From an uncultured Gammaproteobacteria bacterium (GTDB lineage: Bacteria > Pseudomonadota > Gammaproteobacteria > DRLM01), in contig CAVSNY010000005.1 of NCBI GenBank assembly GCA_963729605.1, positions 210,118-274,117 on the forward strand: a DNA stretch of 64,000 bases, read 5' to 3'. Both the position numbers and the translations under genes were made by a program. Shown piece by piece: positions 40,965 through 57,851 of the stretch (position 1 is its first letter; each line of letters begins with the position of its first letter). The notes under the pieces are model-generated. The model was not told where the DNA came from. It saw only the letters and a list, made by a program, of their open reading frames with translations, and ran no database searches.

Positions 40965-42433
40965 CTAAGACGCCGCGATCGCCGCCGCGCACAAGGTCAG
41001 CAGCGCGCCGGGATAAATGCCGAGCACCAGCACGGCGAGGCCGTTGATGCTCATGATCCATTTCATGTCGGCGGTCGAAGTCAGCGGCGTCTTGTCGTCG
41101 GCCTTGTCGAAATACATCAGCTTGACGACGCGCAGATAATAATACGCGCCGATGATCGCGAAGATCACCGCCACCACCGCCAGCCACACCATGCCGGAAC
41201 GGATCACCGATTCGAGCACCGCGAACTTGGCCCAGAAGCCGAGGAAAGGCGGCACGCCGGCCATCGAGAACATCAATATCGCCATCATGGCGGCGAACCA
41301 GGGGCTGCGTTCGTTGAGACCTTTGAAATCCTCGAGCTTGTCCGCCTCGAAACCGGCGCGGCTGAGCAGGAGGATCATGCCGAAGCCGCCCACGCTCATC
41401 AGCGCGTAGACGATCACGTAGAACATCGAAGCGGCGTAACCGTGGCGGCGCCGGTGAGCACACCCAGCAGCAGGAAACCGACATGGGCGATGGTCGAATA
41501 GGCCAGCATGCGTTTCAGATTGCCTTGGGCGATGGCGATGATATTACCGGCCGCCATCGACAGGACGGCCAGCACGATCAACATGCCCTGCCAATGCACG
41601 TGCAGGTCTTCCAAGCCCATCCACCAGCAGGCGCATCAGCATGGCAAAGGCCGCGATCTTGGGCGCGCTGCCGATGTACAAGGTCACCGGCCGTCGGTGC
41701 GCCGTGATAGACGTCGGGTATCCACATATGGAAAGGCACGGCGCCCAGCTTGAAGGCCACCCCCACCATCGATGAAGGCCAGCCGCGAACATCAGCACCA
41801 CGTTCTCGGTGGCGCCTTGCGAAGATAGGCGGCGATCTGGCCGAGGTCCAGACTGCCGGTCACGCCGTAGAGGATGGACATGCCGTACAGCAGCAAACCG
41901 GAAGCCAGGGCGCCGAGGATGAAATATTTCATGGCCGCTTCGGAGGCGATGCCGTGTCGCGTTGCAGCGCCACCATCGCGTAGAGGCACAGCGACAGCAG
42001 TTCCAGACCCGAATATAGACGGTGAGCAGATTGTGGGCCGAGATCAGCACCATCATGCCCAACACGCCGAACAGGCCGAGCACGTAAAACTCGCCCTTGA
42101 ACAATTTCCGTTCGATCAGATACTGGCGCGAATAAATGAACACCGCCGCGGTGGTGAGATACAACGAAAAACTTCAGCACGTCGGCCATGCGCGTCGCTG
42201 ACGAAGGTGCCGGAGAAGGTCAGCACCGGTCCGGCGTATGGAGGCGTGAAGGTGAGCATCGCCGCGCCCACCAGGGTGGCCAGCGACATTAAATAAGTGA
42301 TCACCCGGTTGCGGTCGGTGAGGAACAGGTCCACCACCAGGATCATGCAGGCCATGGTCAGCACGAAGATCTCCGGCAGGGCCGGAGTCAGGTCTGGCAT
42401 TACAAACCCGGAATTCGCCAGTTGTTCGCTCAT
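40965..42433 (-). CDS. nuoN: NADH-quinone oxidoreductase subunit N (multiple frameshifts, probably read errors)
   Basis: [48 protein letters not shown] are split across frames. Confidence 0.9.
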
Positions 42434-42472
42434 CAGCAATTCGCCTTTAAATCAGCCACGCTATCGTTATCG

Positions 42473-43991
42473 TTACAGTTTGGACGCTACGACGTGTTGC
42501 AGGAGGTTGGTCACCGAGGCGTGCAGCACGTCCACCAGCGGGTCCGGCCACACGCCGATCAGCAACACCAGGATCGCCAGCGAACCGAGCACCAGCCCTT
42601 CGCGGCCGTTGATATCCTTTAAAGTCCGCCACACCCGGATTCTTCACTTCGCCGAACAACACGCGTTTGACCATCCACAAGGTGTAGGCGGCGCCGAAGA
42701 TCAGCGTCGTCGCGGCCAGGAAGGCCAGCCAGAAATTGGCCTTGAACGCGCTCATGATCACCATGAATTCGCCGACGAAACCGGAAGTGCCGGGCATGCC
42801 GGCGTTGGCCATCGCGAACAGCACCATCAAGGCCGCGAAGTTCGGCATGGTGTTGACCACCCCGCCGTAGTCGCTGATGTTGCGGCTGTGCAGGCGGTCG
42901 TACATCACGCCCACGCAAAGGAACAGCGCGCCGGAGATGAAGCCATGGGAAATCAATTGCACCACCGCGCCTTCAAAACCCAAGGCCGCGCCCTGAATGC
43001 TTCCGGTCTGCTCGAAGATGCTGAAGACCAGAAAGAAGCCCAGGGTGACGAAACCCATGTGGGCGATCGACGAATAGGCGATGAGTTTTTTCATGTCCTC
43101 CTGCACCAGGGCCACCAGCGCGATATACACCACCGCGATCAGCGACAAGGTGATCACCAGCCAGTCGAGTTCGCTGGAGGCGTCGGGCGTGATCGGCAGC
43201 ATGAAACGCACGAAACCGTAGGCGCCGAGTTTCAGCATGATCGCCGCCAAAATCACCGAACCGCCGGTGGGCGCCTCGACGTGGGCGTCCGGCAACCAGG
43301 TGTGTACCGGCCACATCGGCACTTTGACCGCGAAGGCGAGCAAAAAGGCCAGGAACAGCAGGATCTGCTCGGTCATGCTCAACGACAGGCGGTGATAATC
43401 CAGAATGTAGAAGCTGTCGCTCTGGAAGAACAGATAAAGAACCGCGATCAGCAGGAACACCGAGCCGAGGAAGGTGTAAAGAAAGAACTTGATGGCGGCG
43501 TAGACCCGGCGTTGGCCGCCCCACACGCCGATCACGATGAACATGGGGATCAGCATCGCTTCCCAGAACACGTAGAACAAGGCTGCGTCCAAGGCCGCGA
43601 ACACGCCGATCATCAAACCTTCCATGATCAGAAAGGCCGCCATGTACTGCGCGACTTTTTTCTGGATCGATTCCCAGCCGGCGATCACCACCAGCACCGT
43701 GGTGAAGGTGGTCAGCAGGATCAGCAGCAGGGAGATGCCGTCGATGCCGAGGTGATAATTGATGCTGAAGGCGCTGATCCAGGGCCGCAGCTCCTCGAAC
43801 TGCATGGTCGCCGTGGCGTTATTGAACTGGGTATACAGCGGCAGCGAGGCCAGGAAGGTCAAGACCGCGACCAGCAGCGACAACCAGCGCACCGCGCCGT
43901 TGCCGACGACATTGGACGCCGCCAGCACCGCCAAACCGCCGAAGATGGGCAGCCAGATGACCAGACTCAACAGGGGCAATTCAGACAACAT
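42473..43991 (-). CDS. nuoM: NADH-quinone oxidoreductase subunit M (frameshift near 42620)
   Basis: FWEAMLIP, VKVPMWPVHTWLPDAHVEAPT, KKLIAYSSIAHMG. Confidence 0.95.
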
Positions 43992-44019
43992 GCGTTCCAG
44001 GCCTTGTTCGTTTTATGGG

Positions 44020-45972
44020 TTAAGCGAGCACAAACCAGCTCAGCAACAGCAACAAGCCGATGATCATCGCGAAGGCATAGTGATATAAGAAGCCGGACTG
44101 CACAACCCGGATCACGCCCGACAGCCAGCCCACCGTGCGGGCGGTGCCGTTCACCATCACGCCGTCGATCATCGTCACGTCGCCCATCTTCCACAACGCG
44201 CGCCCGGCGGCGCGCCCTCCTCCGGCGAATACCGAATCGTTGAAATCATCGAAACCGTATTTGCGGTCAAGGAGGTTATATACCCATTGAAACTTATCCT
44301 TGATCCGGCCGGGCAATTCGGGACGCAGCATATACAGGTAATACGCCGTACCCACCCCCGCCGCCGCCAGCCAGAACGGCGCGGTCATCATGCCGTGCAG
44401 CAGAAAACCCATCGCCCCGCTGAAATCCGCGCCGAGCCGCGCCAGCACATCGTGTTGCGGCAACACGAAAATGCTTTCGGCGAAATACCCCTGAAACAGC
44501 ACCGGCCCGACGAACATCCAACCCGCCACCACCGAAGGGATGGCGAGCAGGATCAGCGGTATCGTCACCACCGCCGGCGATTCATGCAGGTGTTCTTTGG
44601 TGTGATGATCCATGCGCTCCTGACCGTGGAACACCAGGAAGAACATGCGGAACGAATACAGCGCGGTCACGAACACGCCGAGCAGTACGCAAACATAGGC
44701 GAAAGTCGAACCGGCGAGTTCGGAATGATGTACCGCCTCGATGATCGCGTCTTTGGAAAAGAAGCCGGAAAAACCGGGGAATCCGATCAAGGCCAGCGAG
44801 CCGATCAACATGCAGATGTAGGTGATCGGCATGTATTTCTTGAGGCCGCCCATCTTGCGGATATCCTGTTCATGATGCATGGCGATGATCACCGAACCCG
44901 CGGCGAGGAACAGCAAGGCCTTGAAGAAGGCATGGGTCATCAGATGGAAGATGCCCGCCGCGTAGGCCGAAGCGCCCAGCGCCACGGTCATGTAACCGAG
45001 TTGCGACAGCGTGGAATAGGCCACCACCCGCTTGATGTCGTTTTGAATGATGCCGAGGAATCCCATGAACAAGGCGGTGATCGCGCCGATGATCATCACG
45101 AAACTCAAGGCGGTCTCCGACAATTCGAAGAGCGGCGACATGCGCGCCACCATGAAGATGCCGGCGGTGACCATGGTCGCGGCGTGGATCAGCGCCGAGA
45201 TCGGGGTCGGGCCTTCCATGGAATCCGGCAGCCAGACATGCAGCGGCACCTGCGCCGATTTACCCATCGCGCCGATGAACAGCAGGATGCAGATCACCGT
45301 AATCAGGTTCCACTCATCCGCGGCGAAGATGCGGATGGTCAAGTCGGTCATCTGCGGCGCGGCGGCGAACACCTCGGCGTAATCGAGGGTATTGAAATAC
45401 ACCAGCACCGCGGCGATGCCGAGCAGGAAACCGAAATCGCCGACCCGGTTGACCAGGAAGGCCTTGAGGTTGGCGTAGATCGCCGTTTCGCGCTTGTACC
45501 AGAAACCGATCAGCAGATAGGAGACCAGGCCCACCGCCTCCCAGCCGAAGAACAGCTGGAGGAAGTTGTTGGCCATCACCAGCATCAGCATCGAAAAGGT
45601 GAACAGCGAAATATAACAGAAAAAACGCTGATAACCGGGGTCGTCGCGCATATAGCCGATGGTGTAGATGTGCACCATCAGCGAGACGAAGGTCACCACC
45701 AGCATCATCAAAGCCGTCAGCCGGTCGATGAGGAAACCGATCTCGAAGCGGATACCGTCGCTCACCATCCAGGTGTAGACCGCGCCGTTGAAAGCGGGGT
45801 TGCCGTCCAGCACGATGTGTTTGAACACCACCAGCGACAGCACGAAGGACACCGCCACGCTGATATTGGTCACCCAATGCGCGCCGGCGCGGCCGATCTG
45901 GCGGCCGAACAACCCGGCGATGATGGCGCCGATCAAGGGCGCCAGGACGATCCAGAGATAAACTGTTTCCAT
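44020..45972 (-). CDS. nuoL: NADH-quinone oxidoreductase subunit L
   Basis: GWEAVGLVSYLLIGFW, GKSAQVPLHVWLPDSMEGPTP, HAFFKALLFL. Confidence 0.97.
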   Translation of the reverse strand: METVYLWIVLAPLIGAIIAGLFGRQIGRAGAHWVTNISVAVSFVLSLVVFKHIVLDGNPAFNGAVYTWMVSDGIRFEIGFLIDRLTALMMLVVTFVSLMVHIYTIGYMRDDPGYQRFFCYISLFTFSMLMLVMANNFLQLFFGWEAVGLVSYLLIGFWYKRETAIYANLKAFLVNRVGDFGFLLGIAAVLVYFNTLDYAEVFAAAPQMTDLTIRIFAADEWNLITVICILLFIGAMGKSAQVPLHVWLPDSMEGPTPISALIHAATMVTAGIFMVARMSPLFELSETALSFVMIIGAITALFMGFLGIIQNDIKRVVAYSTLSQLGYMTVALGASAYAAGIFHLMTHAFFKALLFLAAGSVIIAMHHEQDIRKMGGLKKYMPITYICMLIGSLALIGFPGFSGFFSKDAIIEAVHHSELAGSTFAYVCVLLGVFVTALYSFRMFFLVFHGQERMDHHTKEHLHESPAVVTIPLILLAIPSVVAGWMFVGPVLFQGYFAESIFVLPQHDVLARLGADFSGAMGFLLHGMMTAPFWLAAAGVGTAYYLYMLRPELPGRIKDKFQWVYNLLDRKYGFDDFNDSVFAGGGRAAGRALWKMGDVTMIDGVMVNGTARTVGWLSGVIRVVQSGFLYHYAFAMIIGLLLLLSWFVLA

Positions 45973-45974
45973 CG

Positions 45975-46280
45975 TTATCCCTTCAAACTATCCAGGTTGT
46001 TGACGTTGATGGTGCGGCGGTTACGGAACAATACCACCAGGATCGCGAGGCCGATGGCCGCCTCCGCCGCCGCCACGGTCAGTATGAAAAATACGAACAC
46101 CTGACCGCTGAGATCGCCCAGATAATGGGAGAAGGCGATGAAGTTCATATTCACCGACAGCAGCATCAGCTCGATGGCCATCAGCAAAATAATCACGTTC
46201 TTGCGATTGATGAATATCCCGGCCACGCTGATTGAAAACAACAGCGCCCCCAGAATGAGGAAATCAGACAATTCGATCAT
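45975..46280 (-). CDS. nuoK: NADH-quinone oxidoreductase subunit K
   Basis: [28 protein letters not shown]. Confidence 0.96.
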   Translation of the reverse strand: MIELSDFLILGALLFSISVAGIFINRKNVIILLMAIELMLLSVNMNFIAFSHYLGDLSGQVFVFFILTVAAAEAAIGLAILVVLFRNRRTINVNNLDSLKG

Positions 46281-46353
46281 GTCCTCCCCTTGCCCCTCAC
46301 GTAAATCCCCGTTTCCCGCGCGCTTGAGCGACGCGGCCATTTCGCGAGCCGTG

Positions 46354-46645
46354 TTATTCGCCCGCGGTGTTTTTTCTTTCCGACGTCATTTTCACCATGC
46401 GCACCCGGTCGCCGCGTTTTACCAGCACCTGCTCGGCCGGATCTTGATACTTGGTCTGCGGCCGGCGGCGCATGGTCAAGGCAATGGCCGCGATGATCGC
46501 CACCAGCAAAATCGCCGCGGCGATCTCGAAGGGGTAGACATACACGGTGTACAGCACATTGCCGAGTTCCTTGGTATTGCTGTAATCGGCGGCGTGTTTA
46601 ATGCCCGTGCCGTAATGATCGACCCCGAAATGCTTGGCGCCCACC
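46354..46645 (-). CDS. nuoJ: NADH-quinone oxidoreductase subunit J, 3' half only (cut at the chimeric junction)
   Basis: [37 protein letters not shown]; the N-terminal half is absent. Confidence 0.88.
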
Positions 46646-48209
46646 TTCGCGGTCGCCTTCGCCTTCGGGGCCGTGGTCGCGCCGCCGGACGCGGTGGCGG
46701 CCACCTCGATCGCCCGCCGGGTCGGGCTGCCGCGCCGGCTGGTCACCATCCTGGAGGGCGAGTCCCTGGTCAACGACGCCACGGCGATCACCTGCCTGCG
46801 GGTGGCGATCGCGGCGATCGGGGTGACCGTCTCGCGCCGGCGAGGTGGGCGTCGGGTTCCTCATCGCGGCGGTCGGCGGGGCGCGTCGGTCGGCTTGGTG
46901 TCGTGGCGCTCGTGGTGATCCCCATCCGGCGCCGGGTCACCCAGCCGGTCTTCGACACGGCCATCTCGCTGATCGTGCCGTTCGCGGCCTACCTGCCCGC
47001 CGAGAAGCTGGGCAATGAGCGAGTTCCACGGCTCCGGGGTGATCGCGGTGGTCATCGCCGGGCTGATGCTCGGCCACAAGTCGCCGGTGATCCAGACCGG
47101 TCAGTCGCGGCTCAGCGAACGGGTCAACTGGGCGACCATCCAGTTCCTGCTGGAGAACACCGTCTTCCTGCTGATCGGTCTGCAGGCGCGACGGATCGTG
47201 GAGGCGGTCGGCGACTCGGACCTGTCCGGCGGGCGGATCGCGGTGTTCTGCGTGGCCGTGCTCGCTCGGGGTGATCGTCATCCGGATGTTCTGGGTCGGC
47301 GTGGCCCGGCTCTTCCTGTTCCGACGGCGGGGCACACCCCGGACTACGCCCCGCCGTGGGGCCACGCCGTGGTGGTCGGCTGGGCCGGAATGCGCGGGGT
47401 CGTCACCCTGGCCGCCGCCTTCTTGATCCCGGAGACCGTCGACGAGGTGGGGCTGTTGATCTTCGGCGCGATGGTGGTGACGGCGGGCACGCTGCTGCTG
47501 CAGGGGTTGACCCTGCCGGCGCTGGTCCGCGCGCTGCGGGCTGCGGGGACCGGACGCCCGCTCGGACGCGCTGCAGGCCGCGACGGTGCTGCAGACCTCG
47601 TCCAACGCGGCCCTCGGCGCACTGCCCGAGATCGTCGCGGAGTCCGACGCGCCGGAGACCGTCGACCTGCTTCGGCAGCGGATCGCCGCCCGCCCGGCGG
47701 CGATGTGGGAGGTCCTGGGTCGCCGGGATGCCGGCGAGACCCCGTCCGAGCAGTACCGGCGACTGCGGCTGAAGACCCTCGACGTCGAACGCAACGAGGT
47801 GCTCAAGATCCGGTCCAGCGGGACCATCGACCACGACGTCCTCGAGGAGGTCCTGGCCAGCTTCGACATCGAGGAGTCGATGCTGACCATCGCGACCGAG
47901 CGCGCCGACGAGCTGACCGAGGAGTTCGTGAACACCCCCGAGGATCCCGGCGGCAGTTGCCTGCACCTGGACACCAGCCCGGCGGAGATCGCCCCCGACG
48001 GACCGGGCACCTGCCTGGACTGCGAACGCGAGGGCACACGTACGGTGCACCTCCGGGTCTGCCTCTCCTGCGGCAACGTCGGCTGCTGCGACTCCTCGGT
48101 CGGACGCCACTCCGAGCGGCACTTCCGCAACTCCCAGCACCCGGTGATGCGCAGCTTCGAACCGGGTGAGTCCTGGCGCTGGTGCTACCTCGACGAACGG
48201 GTCGGCTGA
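46640..48209 (+). CDS. CPA1 Na+/H+ antiporter with C-terminal UBP-type zinc finger, 5'-truncated and frameshifted
   Basis: PPDAVA, LEGESLVNDA, GWAGMRGVVTLAAA; C-terminal CLDC..HLRVCLSCGNVGCCDSS..H...HF..HP...WRWCY. Confidence 0.88.
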
Positions 48210-48446
48210 CACAGTTCGCCGCCCGCCGGGCGTCGGCCCAGCCAACCCGGACAACGCCCGGACAACCCGCACACATCGGGTGGACAACGGGTATCAGGAC
48301 TGCCCCGGGGGCCTCTTGATGGGTATGAATGGACTGACGCGCGCGGGGGAAGGGTCGTTACGACGACCGCGCCAGGCAGAAAGCGAGCCATCTCCGATGA
48401 CGTCACCATCCATTCCGCTCGGCCACGACTTTGCCGCCGGTGCCCG

Positions 48447-49034
48447 ATGACCGGCGAAGCGGTCGAGGAGAGCCTGGCCACCCGGGCCGGCCGGCTGTTC
48501 GCCGAGTACCGCGACGGCGAGGAGGCCAAGATGGCCGAACTCGTCCGGATCCTGACCCCGATCCTGTGGCACACCGCGCGGTCGTCGCGGCTGGACACGG
48601 CCTCGGCCGAGGACGTCCTGCAGACCGTCTGGCTGACCCTGGTGCGAAAGGCGGACAGCATCACCGAACCGCTGGCCGTACTGCAGTGGCTGGTGGTCAC
48701 CACCAAGCGCGAAGCCTGGCGGGTGTCGCGCACGCAGGCCAAGGTACGACCCGAAGACCTGGAAGCCGGCGGGACACTGGAGAGGGACCACGCCGAGTCG
48801 GTGGAGGACTCCGTGCTCCGCGCCGAGACCGGGAATCGGCTCTGGCAGCACATCGACGCACTGCCCGAGCGCTGCCGCACCTTGCTCCGGGTCATAGCCT
48901 TCGCCGACCGACCCGATTACGCCGAGTTAGCCAAAGCGCTGGCGATGCCGCAGGGCAGCATCGGCCCCACCCGGGGCCGTTGCCTGGCCAAACTGCGGAT
49001 CGCCCTCGCCCAAGACCCCAGCTGGGAGACCTGA
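48447..49034 (+). CDS. ECF-type sigma-70 factor
   Basis: AEDVLQTVWL, WLVVTTKRE, LPERCRTLLR, GSIGPTRGRCLAKLR. Confidence 0.9.
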   Translation: MTGEAVEESLATRAGRLFAEYRDGEEAKMAELVRILTPILWHTARSSRLDTASAEDVLQTVWLTLVRKADSITEPLAVLQWLVVTTKREAWRVSRTQAKVRPEDLEAGGTLERDHAESVEDSVLRAETGNRLWQHIDALPERCRTLLRVIAFADRPDYAELAKALAMPQGSIGPTRGRCLAKLRIALAQDPSWET

Positions 49035-49558
49035 TGAACAGATCCGATGACCGGGAGATCGAGCTCGAAGAGGAGCGGCTGGCCGCCGAGAAGCTCGCGC
49101 CCAGCGACTACGCCATCCTCAACTCGCTGCGCGCGTTCTACGACGAGACCGATCCGGTGCCCGACGGTCTGGTCGAACGGATCCAGTTCGAGATCACCCT
49201 GGATGCCCTGCACGCCGAGGTGGCCACGCTGACCCAGCTGGACCTCGCCGCGTCGGGCGCCCGCGGCACCGCCACCGAGGCGGTGCGGACGATCACCTTC
49301 ACCAGCGAATCGCTGACCACGATGGTGACCCTGACCCCCCAGCCGGCGGGCACGCTACGCATCGACGGCTGGGCCGCCCCGGGCGCCGGGATCCGGGTCG
49401 AGGTGCTGCTGGCCGACGGCCCGCGCGAGACGTACGCCGACGACGACGGCCGGTTCGTGTTCGACGACGTGCCGACCGGGCTGGCCAAGTTCGCCCTGTA
49501 CCTGCCGAAGGCGGACGGGGAGTCCGCCACGGTGCTGAGCCCGACCATCGAGCTCTGA
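49034..49558 (+). CDS. putative anti-sigma partner with carboxypeptidase-regulatory-like beta domain
   Basis: DPVPDGLVERIQF N-terminus, ADDDGRFVFDDVPTG; translationally coupled to the sigma gene. Confidence 0.7.
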   Translation: MNRSDDREIELEEERLAAEKLAPSDYAILNSLRAFYDETDPVPDGLVERIQFEITLDALHAEVATLTQLDLAASGARGTATEAVRTITFTSESLTTMVTLTPQPAGTLRIDGWAAPGAGIRVEVLLADGPRETYADDDGRFVFDDVPTGLAKFALYLPKADGESATVLSPTIEL

Positions 49559-49585
49559 GCTCGCGGTCAGCCGCGCTCCGTCGCG

Positions 49586-52001
<2,416 letters not shown>

Positions 52002-52141
52002 GAGATACAGGTCGTCCTCGGTATTGGCTGTCGGCGGTGCCGCTCACGGCGCAAGCGTAGTGAACCCCTCCTGCAGCGGCGAATCGCCGAAATTCGATAA
52101 ACGCGTTGCCGAGCCACCGCGCGGCGGCTTGGATGAACGCC

Positions 52142-53289
52142 ATGATCGCGCCAGCGCGCAGCATCGTGGCGGACCGCCCGCCCGTTTCCCGACGGCGTGC
52201 CGATCCTGGTCGACGCCGTCGCCGGGGTCACCCTGCGGGCCACGGAGGAGGCCGACCTGCCGGCGCATGGTCGAGCAGTGCCGCGACCCGGAGACGATGC
52301 GCTGGACCACGATCCCCCAGCCCGGCCGGCGGCTACCAGCTCAGCGATGCCCGGGAGTTCCTCGGCGTGGTCCGGGCCGGCTGGCAGGACGGCAGCCGGC
52401 TCACCTGGGCCGTCGAGGCCGAGCGCGACGGCGTCCGCCAGTACTGCGGCGCGATAAGCCTGCGGCTGAGCCGGCGAGGCTGGGCGGAGATCGGGTTCGT
52501 CCTGCATCCCGGAGCCCGCGGCCGCTCGCGTGATGAGCACCGCCGTCCGGCTGGTCCGCGACTACGCCTTCGACGTGCTGGGGCTGACCACCCTGCGCTG
52601 GCGGGCCGGGCCGGCAACTGGGCCTCCCGCCGGGTGGCCGCGGCCGCCGGGTTCGTCTTCGACGGGTCGGTGCGCCGGCTGCTGGAGCACGCGGCGAAGC
52701 TGGTGGACGGCTGGCTGGCCACGATGACCGCGACGACCCGCGTACGCCGGTCCGCTGGCTGGAGCCCGTCGAGCTGGCCGGCCCGGGAGTGGACTGCGGC
52801 CGTTCGCCGAGTCCGACGTCGCGCGCATCATCGAGGCCTGCTCCGACGCCGCGGACCCGGCACTGGCTGGTCTCGCTGCCCCATCCCTACGGACGCGCCG
52901 ACGCGCTGAACTATCATCGAGACCACCCGGGAGCTGGCCGCCCGCGGCACCGGCCTGGTCTGGTGCGTCGCTGACCCCGCCGACGGCCGCTGCTCGGGTC
53001 GATCGGGCTGGAGGGGCTGGGCAGCTACGCGCCGCGCGGTGAGATCGGCTACTGGGCCCATCCCGACGCCCGCGGGCGTGGGCTGATCACCGAGGCCGTG
53101 CGGCTGGTCAGCGCCTACGCCCGGACGGCCGGCCTGGCCAGCTCGATCATGATCCGCTGCGCCGCCGGCAACACGGCTTCCCGGCACGTCGCCGAGGCCG
53201 CCGGCTACCGCGAGGTCGGCGTGCTGCCGGCCGCCGAACCGCTGGGTGACGGCACGCTGGCCGACCTCGTGCTCTACGCCAGTCCGTAA
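52142..53289 (+). CDS. tandem RimJ/RimL-type GNAT acetyltransferase, frameshifted
   Basis: Two repeats of EIG(F/Y)..HP.ARGRG...GN.ASR.VA..AG. Confidence 0.75.
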
Positions 53290-53359
53290 TCTTGCTCACA
53301 GCGGCGCATCGTGAAAATCCCGCGAGACGCGCGTACGCGACTGTGGCGAAAATCAGCCG

Positions 53360-54680
53360 GTGACTTTGCGGCTGAGCGTGATCGGCACCAACTACCTGGG
53401 CGCGACCCATGCGGCCGGCATGGCGGAGTTCGGCCACCACGTCATCGGGGTGGACATCGATGTGGATCGGGTCAAGACACTGAACGCCGGTCAGTCGCAC
53501 ATCTTCGAGGTCGGGCTGGAGCCACTGCTGGAGAAGCACACCGCGTCCGGGCGGCTGCGGTTCACCACCGACTACGCCGAGATCGCCGACTGGGCCGACG
53601 TGCACTTCCTGGCCCTGGGCACGCCGTCGGGACCGGGTGGCGCGGCCGACCTGTCCCAGCTGCACGCGGCGATCGACATCGCTGGCCCCGCTGCTGACCG
53701 AGCCATGCCTGGTGGTCGGCAAGTCGACCGTCCCGGTGGGCACGGCGCATGCAGCTGGAGCAGCGGCTGCGGGCCCAGGCGCCCGCCGGGGACGAGATCG
53801 AGGTGGCCTGGAACCCGGAGTTCCTGCGCGAGGCGTACGCGGTCGAGGACACGCTGCGCCCCGACCGGCTGGTCTTCGGCACCCACTCCGCCCACGCGCT
53901 GGAGGTGCTGGAGGAGATCTACGCGATCCCGATCACCGACCGGACGCCGGTGGTGCGCTGCGACATCGCCACCGCCGAGCTGATCAAGGTCGCGGCCAAC
54001 TCGTTCCTGGCCACCAAGATCAGCTTCATCAACGCGATGGCCCAGATGTGCCAGGCCGCCGGCGGTGACGTGACCCTGCTGGCCGACGCCATCGGCTTCG
54101 ACAAGCGGATCGGCCGGGAGTTCCTCAACGCCGGGCTGGGCTTCGGCGGCGGCTGCCTGCCCAAGGACATCAAGGCGCTGGCCGTACGCGCCGACGAGCT
54201 CGGCGTGCACGTGCTGAGCGAACTTCATCCACGCGGTGGAGGCGATCAACGACGGCCAGCGGACCGAGCTGGCCGACCTGGCCATCGACCAGGCCGGCGG
54301 TGACGTGCAGGGCAAGCGGATCGCCGTGCTCGGGGCGGCCTTCAAGCCGGGCACCGACGACACCCGCAACTCCCCCGCCCTGACCGTCGCCGACCGCCTG
54401 CACGCCCGCGGCGCCGACGTACGGATCTACGACCCGCAGGCCCGGCTGCCGCCGCGGGAGGGCTTCACCCAGGTGGCCAGCGTCGAGCAGGCGCTGCTGG
54501 GCGCCGAGGTCGTGCTGCACCTCACCGAGTGGCCCGAGTTCCGCCAGCTCGACCCGGAGAAGCTCGGCGACGCTGGTCAAGACCAAGGTGATCATCGACG
54601 GCCGGCTCAAGCTGCACGCGCCCACCTGGCGCAACGCCGGCTGGAAGCTCGTCCAGATCGGCCGCGCCTCCTCCCTCTGA
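53360..54680 (+). CDS. ugd: UDP-glucose/GDP-mannose dehydrogenase, frameshifted
   Basis: KSTVPVG, WNPEFLRE, KISFIN, GFGGGCLPKD, FKPGTDDTRNSP, TEWPEF. Confidence 0.88.
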
Positions 54681-54881
54681 CGCCTCCCGCGTCCTCAGCA
54701 TCTGGCTCGAGCACCACGATCTCGCCGACGGGCCGCCGCCATTCCGCGTCCCGGTTGAGGCGCCGTCCGTTGCCGGCGATGGCCAAAAACCGCGTGGTCG
54801 CGGAATACTCACCCCGCACCTGGTGCTGACATAGATAGTTGAATAATGTTTACGACCATCGAGCCCAAGGACCACACTGAC

Positions 54882-55516
54882 ATGACGGCCTCCGCCACCA
54901 AGGCCTCCCCGACCAGGGACCGCGCTGACTTCTGGTTCGACCCCCGCTGTCCTTTCGCCTGGATCACCTCCCGATGGATCCTCGAGGTCCAGAAGGTGCG
55001 CGACATCGACGTGCACTTCCATGTGATGAGCCTCGCCGTGCTCAACGAGGACACCGAGATCTCCGACGAGCTACCGCGAGTCGCTGAAGAGCACCTGGGG
55101 TCTCGTTCGGGTGGCGATCGCCGCCGAGCAGTTCAAGGGCGAGGAGATCCTGGCGCCGCTCTACACGGCGATGGGCACCCGGATCCACAACCAGGGCATC
55201 AAGGACATGGCGGTGGTGATCCGCGAGTCGCTGGACGAGCTGGGTCTGCCGCCGGAACTGGCCGACGCCGCCACCTCGACTGAGTACGACGAGGCGCTGC
55301 GGGCCAGCCACCATGCCGGCATGGACAAGGTCGGCAAGGGTGTCGGCACCCCGACCATCCACGTCAACGACGTGGCCTTCTTCGGCCCGGTCATCACCCG
55401 GATCCCCCGGGGCGAGGATGCCGGCAAGCTGTGGGACGCCAGCGTCGCCTTGGCCAGCTATCCCGTATTTCTTCGAGCTCAAGCGCGAGCGCACCGACGG
55501 CCTGCACTTCGACTGA
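54882..55516 (+). CDS. DsbA-like Rv2466c-family oxidoreductase, frameshifted
   Basis: [37 protein letters not shown]. Confidence 0.82.
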
Positions 55517-55566
55517 CCCGGCGCTGCTCCACAGGTCGGGCTGGGCCGACCCTGGCAGCGACCTGA

Positions 55567-57851
<2,285 letters not shown>

